From positions 92,030 to 156,029 of the IMG/VR virus record IMGVR_UViG_3300028601_000021: DNA of 64,000 nucleotides; one strand, given 5' to 3'. This DNA is from a virus. Taxonomy: Duplodnaviria; Caudoviricetes. The first letter of the stretch is position 1. The number at the start of each line of letters is the position of its first letter. Below the pieces are notes generated by a model. The model saw only the letters and a program-made list of their open reading frames with translations, was not told the origin of the DNA and ran no database searches. Positions 19,964 through 30,237 of the stretch are shown here, one piece after another. The position numbers were made by a program, and so were the translations under genes.

Positions 19964-22741
19964 TTACATTTCTTCTATAGCTGTGCTATCAGCTGGAGGT
20001 TCATTGGTTCCAGTCTGTTCAGTTTCACTAGGAGCAGTTTCTTCTTCCATGCCAGTAGCATCCATGTTGGTAGGTTCTTCCATACCACCCATGTCGTCCA
20101 TACCGCCACCAAAGTCATCACCACCGCCCATGTCTCCGCCCATACCGTCATCCATTCCGCCACCCATACTTCCACCAAAGCTATCACCACCACCAAATCC
20201 ATCTGTAGTAGCAGTGGTGAGTTGTGTTCTACTTTCTTCAAGTAACTTAGCAAAGTTATTAAGAGCCTGACTGAATTCCACCCACTTAATCTGATCTTTA
20301 GCGAGATCTTCAACACCAGGTAATTCAAGAGTATTGAATCCACCCAATCTATTGAAAATATCTTCACAGGTGTACTTCTTCCAGAATGCTCTAATAATAC
20401 CAAGCATACCTTGGGCTTTCATGTCTTCCTGGCCCACTAACTCATTGGAGAATAGGACGTTAGACAACTCATCAACTGTAGCCAAGTATTCTTTCAACTC
20501 TGTATACTGAGCCTTATCAGGAGCAATATTCGGAGTAGGTAATCTTAACTGGATATGATCGATGATCTTAGTCAATACCAAAGGTATATCTTTAGTGTCG
20601 ACGATACCTTCATTGGTATTGGCCGTGGTGTTGACTTTATCATTTAACTTACCCTTACTCTTGATGATATTCAAGATACCTTCTTTAAGAGTACGTGAGT
20701 ATTTGATATAAGTCTTTACGAATTGTTCCATATGTCTACAGAGGGTATTCTGATCTTTCTTAATCTGCTTACTGAAAAACAGATTACCTGTAACTACAGA
20801 ACGACTGTATTCTGTTTCGGATAACTGATTAAGCGCAGCATAAGGTACACCCAATGCGGTAACTAACATGGTGTCGAATGTAGACATAAGGTCGTTGTCT
20901 ACCTTTACACTACTACCAGCCTGATTGGTATTCTCGATATCAAATCCTTGAATACCAGCCATGTTCTTAGGTGAGATAGTGAGTGCATTTCTAGCGATGT
21001 TTCTACTGATATCAGTAGGATCGATAGACAACTTCATCTTACGCTTATCGATAAACTGATTAGCTACCATATCCATGATTTGTTCATAGTTAGTAGTCTT
21101 CTCGTCGAAGGTAAGACTGATGTTGTGATGGTTGACACTATCATTGGCCATAGCCATAACAGAAGCTACCATAAATGTAGCACGCAGAGATAAGATGAAA
21201 TGGATATCTTCCAATAGACTCTTACCTGTACCATTTGATCTATAATCAAAACAAAGGTAGGTCATAAGACTAGGTGGTACGAATACCATACCAGTACGCT
21301 TATGTTCCAATAGTCTAAAGAACATGACGTTAGCGATACCATTTGCCTTCTCTACATCCACACTGTCTAAACCCATACCAGTCAGTTTAGCTTTGATGTA
21401 ATTATCCAAGAGATGATCGAATACGCTATTGGACATCGCTTTAGAATATCTATCTAACTTATTGCCACCACAAGAACTACCGAACATAGCCTGATGTGCA
21501 GCGCCTACACTACCACCACAGCATCCACCACTACCTTCATCTGTAGCAGCTAAAGGATGCCCAAATTCATCTATCAATACTAAATAACCTAAATGCTCTT
21601 TAGGGTTACCGGGTACATGAATAGGAATGACAGATTCAGGAGGAAGTACCATGTAGAAAGGATGACCTAATTCTTTCTCATCATTCTCTTCATACTTCTG
21701 CATAGATACTAATTCATCAATACGATAGTACATATAAGAATTTAAGCTTTCCTCGTACTTACGTTCTAAGTTCTTTTTCTTAAAGTTCTTATATTCACCA
21801 GCGAATTTGATGATCTCTGGATTCTCAGATAACTTAATGACATCACCTTCATCTAATTTCTTAGTGAGTGTGACATTCATAGATTCTAAGCTAGTCAAGA
21901 TTTCATCTGGTATCTTTTCATCATCGGTGAAAGAAAAGATATCAGGATTAAGAGGATGGAGATCTTCCAACACTGCTTTATACAGATCTTGCTTTTGGTC
22001 ATTCTTACTCATGCGCTGTGCGAATGATTCGGTACCAGCAGTAGTGCTAGATATGATCTTCTTATCCCAAATCATATCCATAGTTTTCTTGGTGTAATAG
22101 ACATTAGGATCTAATAAAGATTCATTGGCTATCTTGGCACCATTTTCTGTGGAGATGACTCGCATCGTAGACGTATCACTTTGTAGTCCATCTTTCTTAA
22201 ATGCCTGGAAATGAGTAGATGGGAATGTGAAGATAGGTACAGAACCGGCACCATACAAGCATTGCTTACACCAATCATCTGCTTTACCACCTAAGTTTAA
22301 TACTTCATTGGTAAAGTTAGTGATGTATTCAGCTATTTCGGTACGGAGAGATTCATCCAATTCCTCTAACTCATCAATAGCACACTTAAATACTCCTTCC
22401 TGGAGATCATTAGGTGACATAATTGTAGAGACACGAATAATACTAGCCTGATTGATTTCAGGTGCTAATAGTTTCATCTTTTCGATATCGAAAAGGATAC
22501 GACCTATCTCATCGTGTACTGGAGCAAAGTATTGCATCATCCCTTTAGGATTAAGAATTTGCTGACTTGCCCTAGGGTTAGTTACATGTGTGTTCCTGAA
22601 AAAGGTATTCTGTTCACTTCTACTATATTTAGAAGAGTATTCTACGGTGGAATTCTGATTGTCAGGTACCTTATCGTCTTTGATACCCATTAGCTGGGAT
22701 AAAGCTTTGGGTAAGATTCTGGCTGGGGTATTTTCGGACAT
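19964..22741 (-). CDS. Portal protein (phiKZ gp129-like)
   Basis: 925 aa; STIMSPND, LPPESVIPIHVPGNPKEHLGYLVLIDEFGHP and DYRSNGTGKSLL; G/M/D-rich acidic tail. Confidence 0.75.
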   Translation of the reverse strand: MSENTPARILPKALSQLMGIKDDKVPDNQNSTVEYSSKYSRSEQNTFFRNTHVTNPRASQQILNPKGMMQYFAPVHDEIGRILFDIEKMKLLAPEINQASIIRVSTIMSPNDLQEGVFKCAIDELEELDESLRTEIAEYITNFTNEVLNLGGKADDWCKQCLYGAGSVPIFTFPSTHFQAFKKDGLQSDTSTMRVISTENGAKIANESLLDPNVYYTKKTMDMIWDKKIISSTTAGTESFAQRMSKNDQKQDLYKAVLEDLHPLNPDIFSFTDDEKIPDEILTSLESMNVTLTKKLDEGDVIKLSENPEIIKFAGEYKNFKKKNLERKYEESLNSYMYYRIDELVSMQKYEENDEKELGHPFYMVLPPESVIPIHVPGNPKEHLGYLVLIDEFGHPLAATDEGSGGCCGGSVGAAHQAMFGSSCGGNKLDRYSKAMSNSVFDHLLDNYIKAKLTGMGLDSVDVEKANGIANVMFFRLLEHKRTGMVFVPPSLMTYLCFDYRSNGTGKSLLEDIHFILSLRATFMVASVMAMANDSVNHHNISLTFDEKTTNYEQIMDMVANQFIDKRKMKLSIDPTDISRNIARNALTISPKNMAGIQGFDIENTNQAGSSVKVDNDLMSTFDTMLVTALGVPYAALNQLSETEYSRSVVTGNLFFSKQIKKDQNTLCRHMEQFVKTYIKYSRTLKEGILNIIKSKGKLNDKVNTTANTNEGIVDTKDIPLVLTKIIDHIQLRLPTPNIAPDKAQYTELKEYLATVDELSNVLFSNELVGQEDMKAQGMLGIIRAFWKKYTCEDIFNRLGGFNTLELPGVEDLAKDQIKWVEFSQALNNFAKLLEESRTQLTTATTDGFGGGDSFGGSMGGGMDDGMGGDMGGGDDFGGGMDDMGGMEEPTNMDATGMEEETAPSETEQTGTNEPPADSTAIEEM

Positions 22742-22900
22742 AAACTATGTACTCCTCTACTGTAATGAGGTAATTAAACTGTGTGGTAAATCGTATACGA
22801 TCGTCTTCGTAGGTATAGTAGTATATATTTGACCGCTTATCCTATAGTGGATAATCCAATGAATATCGCTATGCCGTGCATAGTAAAGGAGAGACTATAT

Positions 22901-25054
22901 ATGTCCACAGGACAAATAGAAGTATACCGTAAGGAAATATTTGATTTCTTACGTACAGTCAGTATAAAGTTTGAACCGTTCTCGTATACTCTAGGTAGAG
23001 CTTATATGGAGGAACACGGTTATACTGATTTTAATGATGTATGGAATCCTTATTTTCAAAACTTATGTGGTGATTATGCTTATTACGATACTCCTATCTA
23101 TGTGTACGCCATAGAGGATAATCAAGAGCATATACTGACTAAGGAATTCTTAGCTACACATCCTAAAACTGCAGCTATGTATCGTATCCCTAATACGGAA
23201 TACTTTACTTTATGCAAGAAGTATCCTAAACAGGAAGGATTGATTAAGAGTATTATCTATCCTGCTAAAGATATACAGACAGTGATAGCTGCACCTAATT
23301 TATCAGTATTGGCTTATGATGCTAATATACTCCATATAGATGAAAGAGAATCTTTAATATCCGAATTAGAGTCTTTCTTATCTATGGTCAATACTAGATG
23401 GTGGGTACCTGAATATTGTTATGAAAATCTATATCATGTATCCTTTTGGATGTTACTATGGCAGACTTTACCTAATGTATTGTTAGCTAAAAGAGTAGAT
23501 AACATACATACCCCAGCGGTGCATCCTTTTCACATATGGGAGTACTTAACTTCCCATGGAATAGGGGATTATAGAGACATACTTTCCTCTAATCAAGCAA
23601 AGTGGCTTTATCGTAACCTACCTTGGGTATTGAAGAATAAAGGTAAGAATAATACTCTTATCGAATTAGCTAAACATCTCTTAACTGAGATGCGAGTACA
23701 TATGGGTGGTGTGACAATCAAACCCAATACTTATGATAGTATAGATGATTGTCTACCTACTCCAGAATTAGTAGTGAACCAGATAGAGACAGATGCTATC
23801 TTATCTCAAATGACTTTACCTCAGTTGTTGAATAAGATAGAAGCTGCTAAGTTAATACCTGCTACAGATGCAGATGAAAGAGTAGAGATAGCTACCACTT
23901 TAGCTACTACTGAAAAAGATAAGTTGAAAACTAAGTATGTGGAATTCGTACGTAAGAATACCGATACTAAGTGGGAAAGATTACTGGTAGAATTCTTATT
24001 TGATTCTTTCATGTACAGATTCATCAATAACGATTTACAGTATAAATTAAAGTATACCGATAGCGTTATGGGCGGTGGGTATAGTTTATCTGTAGAAGAT
24101 AGTGTGGCTTTATTGTATTATGCCTTACATAGGCAATTTGGTACTGAAGTCACTTATCTACCCAATAGTGTATCTACTAGGATATGTTATCATCGTACTA
24201 GACCAAATGTGAATACTCTACCTAAGTCTTTTCATATCCTAGGTGAGAAGTATTACATTAAGTCATATGTAGATGTAGAAGGTATGACAGATAGGATACC
24301 TTACTATCCTAGGATGTTTTTATCCCATGATGAATATCTTGATTTCATAGCCTCTCAATTTCAATGTATCTTATTAGATGTGGTGAATGTACACAGTAGT
24401 GGTCATAGACTTTATCACGAAGCTATGACTTATTTGTATGGGCATCTATTGGTCAATAAGAGACACGAGCCGATATCATTTGGTCCTGATGTCACTACTT
24501 ATAATGTACTTAGATCCAGGAACTTAGATTTAGAGGCTATCATTTCATATTACGATAGTACGATAGATCTTAAAGAGAATTATCGTATCTTATCTGATAC
24601 ATTAATGTCTACTTTGTTTCCTCTGGCTAATAGTAGATTTACATCACTCATAGGTGTATCTTCATATGAGAAAAAAATATATGAAGGGCTACGTAGTTTG
24701 TTTGTACAATTATGCAGTTACAATATCTCATTCTTAGATACAGATAGGGATTATCAAGAATACTTCGGTATCCCTGCTATGTTAGAACATATAGAAGCTA
24801 GAACCAGTAAGGGTAATACTCATCTATATCTAACTGGTACTTACGATGTGATAAATAGACCTGTGGGTACTAGACCTATTTCGCCAGTACCTATTGGTAT
24901 GGAAGCGAACAATATCTCTCCTGCTAGTCTATTCACCTCTTCTATGGAAATAGATATAAGAAAAGATATAGATTTAGGTGCACGTAAGGCTACTGCTACC
25001 ATATGGGCACCTACTGGTATATCTATGAGTATCATCAATCCAGCTACCCCTTAA
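22901..25054 (+). CDS. Virion structural protein (phiKZ gp128-like, probable baseplate)
   Basis: Divergent from the portal; WNPYFQNLCGDY, VHPFHIWEYLTSHG and WLYRN. Start re-assigned by SD AAGGAG. Confidence 0.6.
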   Translation: MSTGQIEVYRKEIFDFLRTVSIKFEPFSYTLGRAYMEEHGYTDFNDVWNPYFQNLCGDYAYYDTPIYVYAIEDNQEHILTKEFLATHPKTAAMYRIPNTEYFTLCKKYPKQEGLIKSIIYPAKDIQTVIAAPNLSVLAYDANILHIDERESLISELESFLSMVNTRWWVPEYCYENLYHVSFWMLLWQTLPNVLLAKRVDNIHTPAVHPFHIWEYLTSHGIGDYRDILSSNQAKWLYRNLPWVLKNKGKNNTLIELAKHLLTEMRVHMGGVTIKPNTYDSIDDCLPTPELVVNQIETDAILSQMTLPQLLNKIEAAKLIPATDADERVEIATTLATTEKDKLKTKYVEFVRKNTDTKWERLLVEFLFDSFMYRFINNDLQYKLKYTDSVMGGGYSLSVEDSVALLYYALHRQFGTEVTYLPNSVSTRICYHRTRPNVNTLPKSFHILGEKYYIKSYVDVEGMTDRIPYYPRMFLSHDEYLDFIASQFQCILLDVVNVHSSGHRLYHEAMTYLYGHLLVNKRHEPISFGPDVTTYNVLRSRNLDLEAIISYYDSTIDLKENYRILSDTLMSTLFPLANSRFTSLIGVSSYEKKIYEGLRSLFVQLCSYNISFLDTDRDYQEYFGIPAMLEHIEARTSKGNTHLYLTGTYDVINRPVGTRPISPVPIGMEANNISPASLFTSSMEIDIRKDIDLGARKATATIWAPTGISMSIINPATP

Positions 25055-25081
25055 AGACTTTATATACGGAGTATATTTATT

Positions 25082-25915
25082 ATGGATAATGTGAATGCAG
25101 TAGCTTATGCTACTAAGTCCTTACTGAGTGGTAAAATAGAACTTTGTCAGATGTTACCTATCACATTTGAAGAAGATCTTACTTCCACTTTGAACTATAA
25201 GCATGGGGTATTTGCTAATACCAGACCTGAAACTATCCCTAAAGTGAAATACTTTGGTATCGGTATCGGTGGTCGTTATTTGGTAGATGATGCTGCTCTT
25301 ACTAGTGCTTATAAGCCAGCTATGGATGACATGGATTTATACATGCCTATCCCATTTAGATTGGTACCTATCGATGAAGACTTGAGTAGTGCCGAACGAG
25401 CCAATTATCGCATGCGTGTACGTAAGACTATCAATGGTGTAGAGTACTATGCTTATTATCTTAAGCTCATCGAGTACAGTGAAGGCCTTAAGTTCACTCG
25501 TATCAATCCTGCTACTCAGGAAGAAGAACCTTATGAGTTAGATCCCACTAATCTCACCCCTATAGGTAAGAAACCCAGTACCTCAGGTACTACGGATGCT
25601 ACTATCCAGGAAATTAAAGCTTCTGTAAAAGCACAAATCACTTTTACTGGAGCTGAAGTCACAGAAGCCATTAACATCATGTTCAATGGTGACTTGCGAT
25701 ATGCAGTAATTTCTGAACTTGGTCTTTACATGGGTGAAGATAAAGTAGTCAGTAGTGTCACACCTGCAGGTACCAGTATCTCCTATAGTGAATCTATCTA
25801 TACCCAGATGGTCATCAAGAATACCTTTAATGGTACTGATATGTCCCAGAATGGTAGTGTGGAGAAGAGAGATATTGTGTTTACTTCCGGTACACCTATG
25901 ATCTTGCTTGGATAA
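25082..25915 (+). CDS. phiKZ-like virion structural protein
   Basis: YFGIGIGG, PIPFRLVPIDEDLS and YYAYYLK motifs. Confidence 0.55.
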   Translation: MDNVNAVAYATKSLLSGKIELCQMLPITFEEDLTSTLNYKHGVFANTRPETIPKVKYFGIGIGGRYLVDDAALTSAYKPAMDDMDLYMPIPFRLVPIDEDLSSAERANYRMRVRKTINGVEYYAYYLKLIEYSEGLKFTRINPATQEEEPYELDPTNLTPIGKKPSTSGTTDATIQEIKASVKAQITFTGAEVTEAINIMFNGDLRYAVISELGLYMGEDKVVSSVTPAGTSISYSESIYTQMVIKNTFNGTDMSQNGSVEKRDIVFTSGTPMILLG

Positions 25916-25936
25916 AAAAATACACACAGAGTATAC

Positions 25937-25977
25937 ACTCCTACTACAGTACCTATATCGGGTACTGTAGTAGGAGT
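25937..25977. terminator. Palindrome between convergent genes
   Basis: actcctactacagtacc...ggtactgtagtaggagt. Confidence 0.7.
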
Positions 25978-25984
25978 ATCTCTA

Positions 25985-26218
25985 TTAATAAATAAAACAT
26001 ATGATCTGATCTGTGATAGTGTTCTTTTTATCCTCTATCTCTTTTTGGATAGATACATAATCCAATCCTAAAGGGATAGCTATTTTCATCAGATCTTTAG
26101 ACTGTTGTTGTTTTTGTATGAGTTGTAATTGAAGACACCTGGCTTGACTACGTAGTGTATTTAGATGATTAATCAAAGCAGCTTTTTGTTCATCAGATAT
26201 AGACCGTTTTCCTGGCAT
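25985..26218 (-). CDS. Hypothetical protein
   Basis: 77 aa, SD GGAG, flanked by hairpins. Confidence 0.5.
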   Translation of the reverse strand: MPGKRSISDEQKAALINHLNTLRSQARCLQLQLIQKQQQSKDLMKIAIPLGLDYVSIQKEIEDKKNTITDQIICFIY

Positions 26219-26238
26219 TTATCACTCCGTAGAATGCA

Positions 26239-26280
26239 TATATCCTACTATCAATAGGATTGTACTGATAGTAGGATATA
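26239..26280. terminator. Intergenic palindrome
   Basis: tatatcctactatca...tgatagtaggatata. Confidence 0.6.
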
Positions 26281-26285
26281 GTGGC

Positions 26286-26708
26286 TTATTCTTCCAATTC
26301 CTTAGATTTACCATTCACCACTTTAGCATCATCTCCGCACCATCTTTCTGGTACGAATACAGTCTGTGGTTCTTCTTCTTTTGTCAATACACATTCTCTA
26401 CATGTAGGTGGTACTATCTTGATTTCCAATATATCCACACTACCACCTCTGAACAAAGTAGCTATCCATCCAGAGGATAATCGTTCGTACCACACTAAGC
26501 ATTTATCAGGATCGTTATAATGATTACCTAAATACAATCTAATGGTGTGATCTACTTTATCCACTATTAAAGTTTCATCTTCCGTTATTTTATTTATAAG
26601 TTCTAGAGCTTTTACTTTGAAAGTTGGGTTGAGAGTATACTTTTCTATGATGGGTCTAGCTAGATCCAACAATTCCTCTCTAGTCAATTCCATGTGATTT
26701 ACTATCAT
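26286..26708 (-). CDS. Hypothetical protein
   Basis: Start re-assigned to 26708 (SD GGAGG); the listed upstream ATG lies inside a hairpin. Confidence 0.5.
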   Translation of the reverse strand: MIVNHMELTREELLDLARPIIEKYTLNPTFKVKALELINKITEDETLIVDKVDHTIRLYLGNHYNDPDKCLVWYERLSSGWIATLFRGGSVDILEIKIVPPTCRECVLTKEEEPQTVFVPERWCGDDAKVVNGKSKELEE

Positions 26709-26757
26709 AAGTGGGACCTCCGGTATAGGATTGCCACTATGCGGAAACAAAAAAGTA

Positions 26758-26785
26758 GTACAGGCTCCCATATGGGAGCCTGTAC
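26758..26785 (-). terminator. Palindrome downstream of 26811..28646
   Basis: gtacaggctccca-ta-tgggagcctgtac; the A-run to its left gives a U-tract on the minus strand. Confidence 0.65.
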
Positions 26786-26810
26786 CTGTAAATATGAAAC
26801 AAACAGTCCT

Positions 26811-28646
26811 CTAGTTAGTACGGTAAATAACCAATGCATCTTCCAGGGTGTTACCTGAATAGTACTTATCTGTTTCCATATCAGTACCAGTAAGGTCCAA
26901 CTGAATGACAGGATACTTATTAGCCAGATCTATCAAGATCTGATGAAGTGCATTCTTAGCTGTATCTGAGTGATAGCCACTTTCGGCTTTCAGCTTAGTA
27001 GCTCTGGTGGGAAGTTTGAGGTTGGTAATAGCCTTTTGCTGTCTACGTACCATGATAGTACGATTAGCCAGCTGAGAGAGAACAGACTTATCGATAGAAT
27101 CATGTTCATCTCTGATCAGGTCATGAATCATTCTGCTATTCATACCACGGTACCGTAAACCGTTGTCTTCCATAGCAAGAGCATAATTCATATCCTCTTC
27201 ATTGGTGGTTACACTAAGGAACATCCAATTACGTACATCACATACTGCATTGATAGCATGACGTACGCAACGGAGCAGGTGAAGTACCCAAGACTTAAAC
27301 TTGGTGTATTCTTCGATACCTTTCATGTCATTCTGATTCAGAGCTTTACAGAGATCGATGATATCCTTGAATTCACTGATGGTGATAAAACTATTCTGAC
27401 CATCAGCGGGATCGACATACATCAATGATACCATAGCAGCTTTATTGAATTCTTCCACTGCAGTGGTCTCGATGTACTTCTTCAGCTTATGGTCAGTGAT
27501 ACCTTTGATGGTATCGATCAGACCTTTAAAGTTTTCCAGAGTATTGAATGCCACTTTCTTACGTGCTTCCTTTACCTGATTGAGTACTTCGAGTACCTTA
27601 AGCAAAGGAGTATCGACTACTACTTTCTCGTAATAAGAAAGATGATAGAAGTAACGGGGATATTCAGATTTGATAGAAGAACTTCTGATGGTGTTCATGA
27701 AGTCGTTCTTTGCATTATCCCAATTGGAATACAAAGAATGCATTTCCACATCCATTACCAAAGCTTCAGTGCCACCATCTGTACCGTATACCACCATGGA
27801 CTTTACTTTCTGTCCACCAATGGTATTGATGATTTCCATGATAGCTTCATTTTCTTTGGTACGATCAAGGATGGTGACATCTTCTTCTACTTCATCGAAG
27901 GTCATACCACCGAACAATGTGAAATCGCTATCGTCGTTTTCAGTAGCACGGATAGCTTCCATGACAGCATTGTTCACTACATTGGGTTTGTAAATGGTAT
28001 TGGTAGCACTTGCTACTTCTACCGGATTAGCCACTGCTTGTACTGGTTGGGTGTATTCCATTCTGGTTACCGGTGCGTTCCTGAGTTCAGTTTGATTGTG
28101 ACTAGGTGGTACCTTCACATTTAACAATGCTTGGGTATTTACCTTCGGTCCGTATACTTCGGACAGAGGATTACCACCAGCATTTGTCATGCCCTGGTTG
28201 ATCATACCACCACCCATCATTCCACTGGGTGCCTGTACCATGACGCCATTTACGATAGTACCGGGAGGATAAGTCTGCCCCTGAGGGACTACTACTCCAG
28301 GCATCCCCATCTGCTGTGGCTGCATGATCTGTACCTGCTGCTGACCTCTCATCATCTGGCGTATCTGATTAAGCATAGCCACCACGTAAGTATACATGGC
28401 CTGATGAAGATCCGTTGGATTGAAAGGCATCTGATACTGCTGACCAGTATGAGGATTGTACTGAACCAATCTACTACCGAAATCATTACAGAAACGTACC
28501 AAACCACCACTATTTATAGTGTTCTGTATGGCATTTACTTCGGGATGACTGATCTGTCCCTGATTCAACATCTGCTGAATTACAGCTCCAAGAGATTGCA
28601 TAGCTGAACTCTGTAATTCATTCACACCACTATTGACTGGATACAT
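26811..28646 (-). CDS. Hypothetical protein with Q/M/G/P-rich low-complexity N-terminal region
   Basis: 611 aa, directly downstream of an RNAP subunit gene. Confidence 0.6.
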   Translation of the reverse strand: MYPVNSGVNELQSSAMQSLGAVIQQMLNQGQISHPEVNAIQNTINSGGLVRFCNDFGSRLVQYNPHTGQQYQMPFNPTDLHQAMYTYVVAMLNQIRQMMRGQQQVQIMQPQQMGMPGVVVPQGQTYPPGTIVNGVMVQAPSGMMGGGMINQGMTNAGGNPLSEVYGPKVNTQALLNVKVPPSHNQTELRNAPVTRMEYTQPVQAVANPVEVASATNTIYKPNVVNNAVMEAIRATENDDSDFTLFGGMTFDEVEEDVTILDRTKENEAIMEIINTIGGQKVKSMVVYGTDGGTEALVMDVEMHSLYSNWDNAKNDFMNTIRSSSIKSEYPRYFYHLSYYEKVVVDTPLLKVLEVLNQVKEARKKVAFNTLENFKGLIDTIKGITDHKLKKYIETTAVEEFNKAAMVSLMYVDPADGQNSFITISEFKDIIDLCKALNQNDMKGIEEYTKFKSWVLHLLRCVRHAINAVCDVRNWMFLSVTTNEEDMNYALAMEDNGLRYRGMNSRMIHDLIRDEHDSIDKSVLSQLANRTIMVRRQQKAITNLKLPTRATKLKAESGYHSDTAKNALHQILIDLANKYPVIQLDLTGTDMETDKYYSGNTLEDALVIYRTN

Positions 28647-28670
28647 ACTTTATTCTCCTTATTGGGTATG

Positions 28671-30203
28671 TTATCTGCTGGGCAAGTCTTTATCTAGCAA
28701 ATCGATATCTGCAGCATAATCTGGTTTTACAAAACAACCATCTCCCCTTGTGATTTCCACATAAGGATTGATACTACCAGATACACCAGGACTACTCGAT
28801 GGGATAGATAAGATGGATTCCACTACGGGAAAGCTAGTGTGGAATCTATGTTCTTTGGCGGTAATAAGATTGACTGTCTTCTTATTAGTACTGTCTTGGT
28901 TGGCTGCTTGTCTGACTTTCTTACCCATAAGAGAGAGTAATTCATTGTCATTGTAACAAGTGATACCACGGACCAGACTACTTTTATAGATACCAGTGAT
29001 CTTAGAATTAGGCATACGGAACAAACTACGTACTGCCTTATCATTAAGATTCTTCTGTCTCTGTAGAGTAGTGTAGCATCTGGTGAAAATAGCTTTAGTT
29101 AGATCCACCATCAACAATTCCAATACGCCTACTTTCTTTTCATACAGATCATTAGGAGCATGGTTGATTAACCATTCATCCAAATGACTAAATACATTCA
29201 CAAATAGATCGTGGATGTCTTCGCAAATCACACCTTGCTTTGCTAATTCCATCTTAGTGATAGGATCGAGATATGTAGCTAAGCTTTCCAGATGAGTACT
29301 AGCTTGGCTACATGCTAAACTGGTCTTATACTTAGGACCAAAGATAGCTCTACCTAACATGATCTTGTAGGCACTATTCTCCAAATCGAATAGATCTGCA
29401 AATGTATAGAAAGTAAAGAAAGAGAACAGATACACCATAGATGCTACCATACGGCGTATGGTTACCTGGGACATCAATGATTCATTCACATTCAAATACA
29501 CGTCATCTCTACATCTGAATGTCATATACCCATCGATGGGATTATGAGATTCCGATAGATACATATCTTTCTGGGATACCCCGAATGCATCCAGAGTACC
29601 TACAAATCCACGAGTACAAAGAGGATACAACATCAGAGCTGTTTTGATATCGTTCTTAGTTCTCTTTCTAGATTTATAATGCACCTTAACAGTAATGATT
29701 GTATCATAGAAAGATTTACCTTCCATAGATACATAGCTGTATTGTTCGGTACGCCAGAAATGCATGGGGCTACGCATTACTTTAATAACGATACAATCTT
29801 GAGTACGATAGATGATACGTTCGATAATAGCCAATTGTACATAGTACTTTGTATCATTAATGACAATACAACCATTATGGAGATACGGTACATATATGTG
29901 TGTGGTATACAGCTGCTGCTCGAATTCAAAGGTAAACTCTATCAGAATCAATTCAGATTTCTGGATATTGTATTTGCCTTTAGTGATGGAATGTTCCATC
30001 ATCGCATCTATACGTTTCTCTGGAGAAAGGATAGTGTATCCTTTATATGTGATAGCGCCATTGAAAAGCTTGATAGCTTCTCTGAATACCGTATCAATAT
30101 AAGACACACTCTGGTCTACTTGTTCTTTTCTGTAATCCTTTAATAGATAGTTGTTAAATTCTGGTAGCTGATGCCTTATAGCACCTTGTATTTCATTCCA
30201 CAT
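28671..30203 (-). CDS. Non-virion RNA polymerase beta N-terminal fragment (phiKZ gp123-like)
   Basis: LPEFN, ITYKGYTILSPE, IYVPYL..INDTKY, NDLYEKK and GSINPYV pattern. Confidence 0.7.
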   Translation of the reverse strand: MWNEIQGAIRHQLPEFNNYLLKDYRKEQVDQSVSYIDTVFREAIKLFNGAITYKGYTILSPEKRIDAMMEHSITKGKYNIQKSELILIEFTFEFEQQLYTTHIYVPYLHNGCIVINDTKYYVQLAIIERIIYRTQDCIVIKVMRSPMHFWRTEQYSYVSMEGKSFYDTIITVKVHYKSRKRTKNDIKTALMLYPLCTRGFVGTLDAFGVSQKDMYLSESHNPIDGYMTFRCRDDVYLNVNESLMSQVTIRRMVASMVYLFSFFTFYTFADLFDLENSAYKIMLGRAIFGPKYKTSLACSQASTHLESLATYLDPITKMELAKQGVICEDIHDLFVNVFSHLDEWLINHAPNDLYEKKVGVLELLMVDLTKAIFTRCYTTLQRQKNLNDKAVRSLFRMPNSKITGIYKSSLVRGITCYNDNELLSLMGKKVRQAANQDSTNKKTVNLITAKEHRFHTSFPVVESILSIPSSSPGVSGSINPYVEITRGDGCFVKPDYAADIDLLDKDLPSR

Positions 30204-30237
30204 GATCTACAAACTCCTTGGTGTGTAAAGAGGTGTA

